Source of the DNA: Octopus sinensis | Taxonomy: Eukaryota | DNA: 64,000 nt | NCBI RefSeq assembly: GCF_006345805.1 | Contig: NC_043001.1 | Coordinates: 110,918,001 to 110,982,000, forward strand | Direction: 5' to 3' | In this document: positions 13,222 to 23,600 of the stretch, piece by piece | How the letters are laid out: each line of letters opens with the position of its first letter | Position numbering within the stretch: the first letter of the stretch is position 1 | The notes under the pieces: model-generated | Databases searched by the model: none | Seen by the model: only the letters and a program-made list of their open reading frames with translations | Told to the model about the DNA's origin: nothing | Made by a program: the position numbers and the translations under genes

Positions 13222-13374
13222 GTATCATTGGCTCACCACTGTAACACTTTCTATATTCCATAAGACTGGTCTTTGGTTGCTGCAAGGTTACGTATGATGA
13301 TGTTGAGTTTTATTGAAACAAAACTGAATTATGTTGATTTCATCTTATTGAGCACACGCATTTCACCGACTACT

Positions 13375-13690
13375 TCTATTTGTTGTTTTCTGTTCCTTCT
13401 CGAGCCATGCTTGGCTCATAAGGGCCGGTTTCCCGGTTTCCTTGGCGTATAGGTTCCCTACCTGGACGGGACACCGGTCCGTCGCAGGTGAGCTGCAAGA
13501 TGCAGGAGGAAAGAGTGCGAGAAAGTTGTAGCAAAGGAGTCAGCAGAAGTTCGCCATTACCTTCTGCCGGAGCCGCGTGGAGCTTAGGTGTTTCGCTCAT
13601 AAACACACACATCACCCGGTCTGAGATTCGAACCCGCGATCCTTCGACCGCGAGTTCGCTGCTCTAACCACTAGGACATGTGCCTCCATT
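13375..13690 (-). mobile_element. SINE family D with 10-bp TSD
   Basis: ACCGACTACT at 13365-13374 and 13691-13700; tRNA-like head at the right end. Confidence 0.92.
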
Positions 13691-14709
13691 ACCGACTACT
13701 ACTCTATGAATGGTCTCTTTTTCTAAGGTGACTGCTTTATTTTCATAGATGCGGCTGCTATTCACGGAAATCGTATGAGCGCAACCAAACACTCTATATA
13801 TAGCTACTTCATATATTACAACAGACGTGCACATCAGAAAAGCTGTCTCAAAATCTTTACGTATTTCCAATATCATCTAAAAGGAATTATCATCATGACG
13901 TCATTGTCATTAATGCTGAGATGTATATTGTTAACTTTCGATTTCTACGTGTAAGGAAAATGTTCTGCAAGTGTTCCTTTGTGTGTTGCTTGACAAATAA
14001 TCCAGTTAAATTACGCGGATCTAATTACCTCCATTTCAACATACAAGCCAAGTACTATATTGTAATAATGACTTACAAGAACAAAGCTGTCAATATGTGA
14101 TTGAAGAGAAGTTGACGTTTCTTAAACACATGGTTCAAGATATTTCAATTTATGGACGTTGATTTTCGAAAGATGCACTTCATTTTATATCAAGAGGAAG
14201 AAAATCATATAAAGTTATCAGATAAAGTAATTTAAATTCCAAGTATGTTTCATTTCTTTCCAATATATTAAATGACTTGGGTGCCAAATGTAACTTTCTG
14301 TGCAATGTATACTGTTCGTATTCTAAATTGTAACTTTGCGCCAATGACTGTATTCAATATCCATTTTAGTATTGCGCAAACATTAAATATATTTGCATAG
14401 AATATTTCACCAACTACCGCCATTTCAGCTTGATATGCTATTTAAGGAAAAAAATGCAAACACTAAGCAATACCGAAAATTATTTTCGTGCAAAAATCGT
14501 AATATTAATCATTGGCATTTATTGCTATCAGTATAAGCGAAATGTATTTTTATAATCTCTGTACGTTCTGCGTTCAAGTTACACCTATGTCAACCATGTT
14601 TATATTATTACGGTCTTAATATAAACAGAAGAAATCAATTAAAAGTTTTTTTCAGTTTCAACGATGGTCATTTGACCTTGGAAGCTCTGGTGCAATTTTA
14701 TATCATTCT

Positions 14710-15094
14710 AAGGCGGCGAGTTGGCAGAAACGTTAGCACGCCGGGCGAAATGCAAAGCATTATTTCGTCTGCCGTTATGTTCTGGGTTCAAATTCCGCCG
14801 AGGTCGACTTTACTTTTCATCCTTTCGGAGTCGATTGAAAAAGTACCAGTTATGCACTAGGGTCGATATAATCGACTTAATCCGTTTGTCTGTCCTTCTT
14901 TGTTCTCTCTGTGATTAGCTCCTTGTGGGTAGTAAAGAAATAGGTGTTTCGACAGTCTTTGTGTTCTGAGTTCAAATTCCTCCTAGGTCGACATTGATTT
15001 TCATCCTTTCGGAGTCGATAAATTAAGTACCAGTTGCGTACTGGGCTCGATCTTATCGACTGGTCCTCTCCCACAAAATTTCGGAACTTGTGAC
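14710..15094 (+). mobile_element. SINE family B, head + body + second body (dimeric)
   Basis: The tail AAAGAAATAGG continues directly into a second, headless body at about 14945. Confidence 0.85.
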
Positions 15095-15271
15095 TTTATC
15101 CTGCTGGTGTACAAGATTCATTAGGGGATCTTTTGACAGCTCAAGATATGTATTTAATCTTACAGTGGTGCTTTTTAAAAAAAAATCTAATTGAGTTAGT
15201 CCTCTTCCTGCCATGCTTCGCGGTAAATAAATCCTGTTCACGTCCGCTTTTGGGTGGTTAATTCGAGCCAT
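15095..15271 (-). mobile_element. Dong/R4-clade non-LTR retrotransposon fragment
   Basis: Translation HPKADVNRIYLPRSMAGRGLTQL matches the HPKxDxxRLYLPRxxGGRGL post-RT motif of R4/Dong elements; abuts an (ATT)n/(ATC)n array. Confidence 0.8.
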
Positions 15272-15346
15272 AGTATTATTATTATTATCATTATTATTAT
15301 TATTGCTATTATTATTACTATTATTATCATGATCATCATCATCATT

Positions 15347-15383
<37 letters not shown>

Positions 15384-15399
15384 CCATCATCATCAAAAT

Positions 15400-15481
<82 letters not shown>

Positions 15482-15487
15482 TATTTA
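15272..15487. repeat. (ATT)n/(ATC)n trinucleotide microsatellite
   Basis: Direct reading. Confidence 0.95.
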
Positions 15488-16213
15488 TTTTTTTTTCGTT
15501 GCGGCCCGGTAAAGAAGTAACTTTTTTGAAACTTCTGAAAATATAAAATCGTTTCCATGTAAATGCAAATGGTTCTCTTGAAATATATTTATTTTATTTT
15601 ATTTTTCTTTATTTTATCTAGTTTCAGCTCACGAGCTGTGGCCATGCTGGGGCACGGCCATTTATGTACGCAATATCTTACAAAAACACTCGATAATTGT
15701 GCGACCCTAAAACACAGGAAATGAAAACCAGTCATGAGAGATGTGCAACGAAATACATATAAAAGAACATTTTTGTCACAATATACACATGATATATTAC
15801 CAATGATATTTTTCAAGATACTTTTCTTAGCTATAGAATCACCATATACATATATCTTCTATGAAGCGAAACGTCACAACAGGTAGCTTGTCTTCGCTTT
15901 CCAGCTACTCTAATAATAACAGAGAAAACAGAATAGAGGTGTCTTAACACATAAAAAGACGCCAGAGTTTTATAATGAACTGTAGATAGTTCTTCCAAAA
16001 TACATATTGAAAAGCAACAGACAAAAGAAATATCATACCTGTCTCTTTCGGTACGAATAGAAGAGATGTGTACTTAGTAAGTAACAGTTACAAATATGAG
16101 GTTGAGCGATACCTAGAAGATCCAATTAAGTGAAGAATATAAAGCACGCGATTATATATATATATTGATTTCAAAAATAAGAAATGAGCAAGAAATCAAG
16201 CAAAACATGGCCA

Positions 16214-16522
16214 ACCAAAGCCTTGTGAGTGGATGTGGGAGGCGGAAACTGAAAGAAGCCCGTCGAATATATATAAATATATATAGGTGTGTGTGTGTTT
16301 GTGTGTGTGTGGTTTCGTGTCTGTGTTCGTCCCCCAAACATCGCTTGGCAACCGATGCTACTGTGTTTACGTCCCTGTAACCTAGCGGTTCGGTAAAAGA
16401 GACCGATAGGATAAGTACTGGGCTTACAAAGAATAAGTCCTGGGGTCGATCTGCTGGACTAAAGGCGGCACTCCAGCATGGCCGCAGTCATATGACTGAA
16501 ACAATTAAAAAGAAAAAAAAGA

Positions 16523-16524
<2 letters not shown>
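16214..16524 (+). mobile_element. SINE family A, 5'-truncated
   Basis: Matches family A from CCAAAGCCTTGTGAGTGGAT to the tail; no head. Confidence 0.88.
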
Positions 16525-16561
<37 letters not shown>

Positions 16562-16564
16562 TAT

Positions 16565-16700
16565 AAAGGAAATGAAGAAAATGCTGACAAAATAATTTAA
16601 GTAAGGGAGAGTGTATTTAATTAGGTGAAAGTTCTTTCACCTAATTAAATACACTCTCCCTTACTTAGATTATTTTGTCAGCATATTCTTCATTTCCTTT
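16565..16700. repeat. Near-perfect DNA palindrome, 67-bp arms, 2-nt loop
   Basis: 16565-16631 is the reverse complement of 16634-16700 with 2 mismatches; flanked by (TA)n. Confidence 0.95.
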
Positions 16701-16740
16701 TTATATATCACAACTCGTGTTCCACATCTCCTTTTTTAAA

Positions 16741-16806
<66 letters not shown>

Positions 16807-17814
16807 TGTATATTACTGTGGTGTTAATTAAACGCAGCAATATTCTTCAGCGAATATCTAACATTCTGTGTAACAGGTTGTTTTCTCTTCTCTAGATTTC
16901 GTAACGGATCTTTTGTCTAATTAAGAAAAATCAATATAAAATTAATATTTATAAATTGTATAGTGTTCATTTCGAAATATAGAAATACATTTTACAATGC
17001 AATGCGCATTTGCTTTATATCATTTATATCTTGGAATGAACCGCTTATGCAATCAAATATTTACCGTTTCTCGTTTCATAAATATTTATATAAATATTAT
17101 ATGAACTGTGTCCTTAGAATATTCACACTAGGCGCATACACAGTGTTAGTTTATGTACTGTATTGTGTATATTATATCGCTGTACAACTGCCTTTTCTAC
17201 TATGGGGGACGGTTATGAAAATAGACCTGCTGCTGCCTATCTGCATATTACAACTAAGTAATAATGCAGATGGGCGCGGTTTCTTTCGAAAAGAACCCTT
17301 GCAAAGTTGTTAAAATGCATAAATGCGTGCAAATATGGATTTGATACTTCAGCGGCAGGCAGATATTTTCGTAGACATATTGATGTTTTATTTTAATGCG
17401 TTTTCATGCTGTCCCTCGAATTTTCCGAATTTTCTTTTCTTTTTATTTTCTGCGTAGCGTTTTCGCATTTTTCATTTCTTTTTATATCAAGTAAACATCC
17501 GAAATATATACAGACACGTACTTATGCGTACACACACAGACATTAAAACTTACGCATATTCACAAACGAATGCAGACACATATTTGTGGAAGTATGTGTA
17601 TGATTTGTCGGCATAAATGCGCGTATGCACATGTACATGTATATTCATTATTCTACTACAATTTCCAAGTCTATGGCTATGTCGGGAAAATTTCTCGATG
17701 TATACGCATCAAAGCATTCTTGTATGTTTATATGTTTATGAATTAATACCATACGCCCAGAATTCTTGATTAATTGAAATTTCGTTCTGAGTGTGAGATA
17801 TTCTCACTTTAACA

Positions 17815-17962
17815 CTCTCTTCTTCTTCTTCTTCTTCTCTTCTTCTTCTTCTTCTTCTTCTTCTTCTTCTTCTTCTTCTTCTTCTTCTTCTTCTTCTCCT
17901 CCCCCTCCTCCTCCTCCTCCTTCTTCTTCTTCTTGCTCTTCTTCTGCTTCCTCTTATCATCA

Positions 17963-18025
<63 letters not shown>

Positions 18026-18078
18026 TTATCATTATTATTATTAACATTATTATCATTAATATTATTATTATTGTTATT

Positions 18079-18110
<32 letters not shown>
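17815..18110. repeat. (TTC)n/(CCT)n/(TAT)n compound trinucleotide microsatellite
   Basis: Direct reading. Confidence 0.95.
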
Positions 18111-18111
<1 letters not shown>

Positions 18112-18302
18112 GTCTTTGCACAGCTTCTAACGCTGGAGATGTACCAACAGTGTCAGATGTTCACTACCACGGAACTAAAGTAACACCCCTTATTATTCGA
18201 GCACCTTCTGGAGTATACAAGCTGTTTCAACTAGTGCTGTTTTCTGCAAATGCTCCACCCTTATTGCAGGCCCTATTTGTTCCACGTATTTCTCGAGATT
18301 TT
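18112..18302 (-). mobile_element. 3' end of a Dong/R4-clade LINE (C-terminus + 3' UTR ending in (AAT)n)
   Basis: Minus translation NLEKYVEQIGPAIRVEHLQKTALVETACILQKVLE* (stop at 18193-18195) matches the LQKxALLGTAxILRKVL terminus of R4/Dong ORFs; the 3' UTR runs into a (TAA)n tract. Confidence 0.82.
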
Positions 18303-18955
18303 CCACGTATTTCTTGTGCAACAAAAGTCAAACACAATCCCCTGTATTTGTTAGTGCCTTTTAGAAAAAAATATTTTCAATTTAAGCTAATTAACAAGAA
18401 ATGACTTAAGAACAATTAATATTTTAATTTTCTCTGGAAATGACAGAACATATGTGAATATATTTGGCTAAAAAATACCATCTCTTCTTTTCGACCTACT
18501 TGTACCCGAATCGTTGAATAGTAGATAGAACATTTCTTGCAACAACTAATTATCTATACTAACCATACTGTGGAAATATTGCTTGCGACTCAATGACTGG
18601 TTTTCTCTATATACTCAATCGGACATGTTCTCTTTAATCATGTTCTCGGAAGTGATATTTACTTACAGATGTATTAATTTATCAAGCTGACTCGCAACTA
18701 GACTAGAGAAATGTGTGTAAATATTACATCTCTCTTATTGTGAACGGATCTAAACAGCGTGATTACGATAATTTCAAACGTGATTTTAGACGAGATATCC
18801 AGAACAGTTTGGTTTGTTAAAGCGTACCATCTGACAAATTTTGAAATGAATTACCCTGGACAGTTATACCACATATATATGTATCACGTAATCCTTAATT
18901 TTCACGTTTTAAGCTATGAAAAGATTAATGTACATTTTTGCTTCAAATTCCTGAC

Positions 18956-19354
18956 AGGCCTAGGAGTGGCTGTGTGGTAAGTATTTTGCTTACGAACCAC
19001 ATGGTTCCGGGTTCACTTCCACTGCGTGGAATCTTGGGCTTCTACTATAGTCTCGGGCCGACCAATGCCTTGTGAGTCGATTTGGTAGACGGAAAATGAA
19101 AGAAGCCTGTCGTATATATGTATATATATATATGTGTGTGTGTGTGTTTGTCCCTTCCCCCAACATCGCTTGACAACCGATGCTGGTCTGTTTACGTCCT
19201 CGTAACTTAGCGGTTCGGCAAAAGAGACCAATAGAATAAGTACTAGGCTTACAAAGAATAAGTCCTTGGGTTAATTTGTTCGACTGAAGGCGGTGCTCAA
19301 GTATGGCCACAGTTAAATGACTGAAACAAGTAAAAAATTAAAAGAGTAAAAGAG
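18956..19354 (+). mobile_element. SINE family A, full length
   Basis: Head AGGAGTGGCTGTGTGGTAAG...GGGTTCACTTCC through tail AAAAGAGTAAAAGAG. Confidence 0.92.
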
Positions 19355-20164
19355 ACAATATATTTCGGGAAAATAGTTTGTTTTATGTGGAGATAAACTC
19401 TTTTAGATGATGTCACAGTCTTCTATGCTTTACACCATTCGAACGGCAAATTGTGTAAATTTGGAAGTAGCTATGTCAGATGACATGTGGTACATACCAC
19501 ATTCCGTGTGGGCGGTGTAACTAGGATCAAATTTAAGGTTATGTTGTGTGTACATCAAAATGGCTGACTTTATTTTAATGACCCTGAATCGTTCATTGCA
19601 GATGCAGAATCCGTTTAGTATAAAGCTCTCTGTTGAATTTTAATGCATACTTCTATACAGATGTTGTTTTTCATGTCATGTCCGAAATCCATAACATTTA
19701 AACTTTGACGTTTTTCAATTCATAGCCGATCGTTTTCATGCATTTTTGTTATTACTGCAATCTAAACTTGACTATTTTTATATGTCCTTAAAACAATAAT
19801 TTGATAAGATGGTTGGGGTGATTTACATTTTAGTGCTTAAGTTTAAGCTTTCTCATCAAGATTTTAATTTTTTAGTATCACTTCAAAGGAGTGCGGAGCT
19901 TATTCTTATTGTATGTTTTTTTTATATTTCTCTATTTTCTTTTATGAAATATTTGCATCTTGAAAGTCGTATAAGTGTATAATAGTCATTTCCCCCAAAA
20001 TATATGCCATTATGTTTAGAGTAACGTCGATTCTCGAAATTACAAATGAAGAAAAACAAAAAATACATGGGCAATCCATGGTGAAATGTAGAAAATGGAA
20101 GTATCTCACCGACCAAAGTTACACAAAATTTAATTAAAGTTTCTCTTATTATCTCCACCCTTTA

Positions 20165-20380
20165 AGGGGACTCGCCGACGAAAGCATTTATATGTTGAGG
20201 AAAATGCTTAGCGGAATTCCTTTCGTCTTTACGTTCAGAGTTCAAATTCCGCTGAGGCTGACATTACCTTTCATCCTTTCGGGGTCTATGAACTAAGTAC
20301 CAGCTGAAAACTGAGGTCGACGTAATCGACTTACTCCTTTCCCGAAGTTAGCGGCCTTGTGCTAAAATTTTAAATCATTA
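20165..20380 (+). mobile_element. Diverged SINE family B-related copy
   Basis: GAGTTCAAATTCCGC...CCTTTCATCCTTTCGGGGTC...AAGTACCAG; flanked by the similar direct repeat TCCACCCTT. Confidence 0.7.
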
Positions 20381-21225
20381 TTTCCACCCTTAAAATGATT
20401 TGAGATTATAATTGGCACGCAAAATGTCATCAGATAAAAATGAACAATAAATTCGGACAGCTTACCAAACCGAAATGATGCTAAATATATTTTTCAGCAG
20501 GCCAATATCATTAATCTATAATGTGACAGCGCAATATCCATTTTCTAGTTCCTGATATATGTGTAAGTCATTTGACATTCATTAAAATTAGCACAATTTA
20601 AATTTTCATACTGTTATAATGTTCTAGGAAAATCCGGCATCAGATGAAACCGAATGAGATCTGTATGAAAAACGATCCACAAATAAAGTGACGAGTGCAA
20701 CGTGAACTAATTTACTGCTAATTGGGGACCATCGCCTTTTGTACACGCGTTCGTATTTCTAAAAATGAAGTGTAAATGTCTTATCACCGAGGTAATATTA
20801 CTGTGATTTCAAAAAGGAAAGAATTTGATGCTTGACGGCAAAGTTAATGGAGAGAAGAAAGGGGTGAGGCTGTGGGAGATGGCATGTATTATGTGCACAC
20901 TAGAAGATGGGAGCTAAGCGAAGTAAATTGGAAGGAACAGTGAGGTTTATGCTTGTTGTAAGATGTAGTTGAGTTCCAATTCAAAGAAAGTTGTGTCAGA
21001 TGAAGGAAGACGATACTTAAGAATGCACGATGAAGAAAGCAATGGTCAACTGAACACCTATATTCTGGGAAGTTTACAAATAATGTGAGCATAAGGAAGA
21101 ATATAAAGAGAATGTCATCGTATATAAGTCAGTTTAGTAAGGGCTCTTCAGGAAGTAGAAATGTGAGGGACTCTGAAAATGTATAGAGTTAAAAATCCAG
21201 ATTCTCTTGGGTCTGTTCAGATTTC

Positions 21226-21632
21226 TTATTTCTTTATTGCCCACAAGGGGCTAGACATAGAGGTGACAAACAAGGATAAAGGGATTAAGTAGATTATATC
21301 GACCTCAGTGCGTAAGTGGTACTTAATTTATCGACCCCGAAAGGATGAAAGGCAGCCTCGGTGGAATTTGAACTCAGAACGTAACGGCAGACGAAATACC
21401 TATTTCTTTACTGCCCACAAGGGGCTAAACACAGAAGGGACAAACAAGGACAGACAAACGGATTAAGTCGACTATATCGATCCCAGTGCGAAACTGGTAC
21501 TTATTTAATCGATCCCGAAAAGATGAAAGGCAAAGTCGACCTCGGCGAATTTGAACTCAGAACGTAACGGCAGACGAAATACGGCTACGCTTTTCGCCCG
21601 GCGTGCTAACGTTTCTGCCAGCTCGCTGCCTT
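21226..21632 (-). mobile_element. SINE family B dimer
   Basis: Minus strand: head + body + tail, then a second headless body joined at GAAATAGGTATTTCGTCTGCC (junction about 21394-21400); AGATTTCT on both flanks. Confidence 0.9.
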
Positions 21633-22384
21633 AGATTTCTGTTGATAGATAATTGAAAGAGGAGAGGTTCAGATGTATAACAGTCTATGATGAGAAGTGG
21701 ATGTAAACCGAAGTTGAACGAATGAGAAATTTCAGCGGCAACGAAGCACTGAAAATATGCTGCACTGCGTGGACTCTCATTACGCGCAGTTTGTAAATAT
21801 TATAACGATGCATATCTTTTAAATTTTCTAGCAAAATCAATATTTGGTGAAATTCTAGAATATGCGCGAGATATTTTCTAGCCTGCTAAATAGCAACATT
21901 TGATTTACCACTTTTAATTATGAGTTAAAGTTGTTTTACATTCGTTTTTGGCACAAGATTCGCCATAATAACCCATGCATGTTATCAAAATTATTTCTGA
22001 GAAATAGAAAAATGCATATTATATTAAATGCATTCTCTGAATTGGGAATATGACCCCAGCCAGCTGAGTTCCTCTCTTTATAGTACGAACACTACATTCA
22101 TGTAAACTTCAGACAGTTAATACCACATGGCACCCATATATAAGCTATTTACGTAATCACAGTTATAAAATAAACAGATATATTTCAATTGCATATCGAG
22201 TATAGTTATAAGTGTGTTTGTTAGTCGATTATTTTCAGTTATTGGCTGTTGTGATAAATTTCTGAAGATATGAATGGCGCAATTTCGAAGGTGTTTTGTA
22301 TAATGATGTCTTATCTTAGAAAGGCTGGTAGCCTTTCCCTTATTCTTATTGCAATGCTTATGATGTATACATTTACTATATTTT

Positions 22385-22900
22385 GGCCGGACTCCCATTC
22401 TTTAGTCGAAGATATAACTATTTCACCAGGCATCTGTATCACCACTCTCACTTCGTGAACAGAATGCAATCTTGTGTCCTATCTTCAGCTTGTCCATAAA
22501 TATCATATGACGTCTCGCATTCTTGCTGCTACCATGTTGTGCGTGCAAGAGCACAATTTTTGATAATTCTCCTTCCTGGTGTCGCTTGCAATAACCTCAT
22601 ATGCCGAGACATTGTTCTCCCATTTTGTTGACCACTTTACGAAGGCTTTCATTGAGATGTTGATTGGTAAATTGCTATTGACATTTCACATCCAGAGCTA
22701 ATCGTAGCATCCTTGTGTTGTAGCCATCTAAATTCTTCTTTACTTCTGTTGGTTACTTAATACATTTAGTGGTTAAATTATTATCCAATCACCAGAGCCG
22801 TTACATATGTTCAAATATTTGAGCAACTCCTTATGGCAACGTTAAAGCTTCATTTATTAACTTCAATGCGCGCACCTTCTACTCTCCTACTTACACTTAC
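22385..22900 (-). mobile_element. Degenerate RTE-clade LINE, 3' part of ORF
   Basis: Minus translation NLDGYNTRMLRLALDVKCQ*QFTNQHL...GYCKRHQEGELSKIVL..QHG resembles the LDGCYTRMLRxALxxSWxQHxTN...GHCxRH...HG segment of RTE-type LINEs; contains stops. Confidence 0.65.
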
Positions 22901-22984
22901 AGTTGTATGATTTGAATGAAGTGTTCTGGTACAACATGTTCAAATAATACGATTATATATTCAATATTTATGTGCTTAGAATAG

Positions 22985-23185
22985 GGAGGCGAGCTGAAAG
23001 AATCGTTAGCACGCCGGGCAAATCACTTAGTTGCATTTTGTCCGTCTTTACGTTCTGAGTTCAAATATTGCCGAAGTCGTCTTTATTTTTCATCCCTTCG
23101 GGGTCAATAAAGTGAGAAGCACTGGGTCAGAAGTAATCAACTGGCTTCATATCCCAAACTTGCTGGCCTTGTGCCAAATTTTAGA
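22985..23185 (+). mobile_element. Diverged SINE family B-related copy
   Basis: GGCGAGCTG...GTTAGCACGCCGGGC...GTTCTGAGTTCAAAT. Confidence 0.75.
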
Positions 23186-23334
23186 CCAATATTTTGAGGT
23201 TAAAATGCTTGTTAGACACAAGAGCAAAAGGTACGCAGAAGCTTTTACTCAATAATGCAGTATTTAGGTCATGCTATGCGCAATCTCACATTGTGAGTGA
23301 TTAGCGCACATTCTTCTTTGTACAACACACGTCG

Positions 23335-23600
23335 AATTCCTAAAAGATATATTAATGAGGATGGCCTCCTTGATGTCGAAATCAACGATGTTCCACTCTG
23401 TTGCTTTGCTGGGAATCAGTAATTGCTTTCTAACTGATGCCTTTGTCTACATGCATTCCTTCATGCGGATATCCAGCTCTCTGGTGATGCTTTCAATATA
23501 GGAGCAGTTGGCCATATAAATACATCATTGCTCGCTTTTAGATGAATTCCAAACAGGAAATTTATCAAAATCGAAGGGCTATCATCTGTATAATGAGCCC
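23335..23600 (-). mobile_element. Degenerate Penelope-like GIY-YIG endonuclease remnant
   Basis: Minus translation IYMANCSYIESITRELDIRMKEC...DFDIKEAILI resembles YxxxC..SYIGxTxRxLxxRxKEH...KEAIxI of PLE endonucleases. Confidence 0.55.

Noticed and set aside
21687-21752. Possible C/D box snoRNA (AUGAUGA ... CUGA)
   Set aside because: There is no terminal stem and no recognisable rRNA or snRNA guide; such boxes occur by chance.
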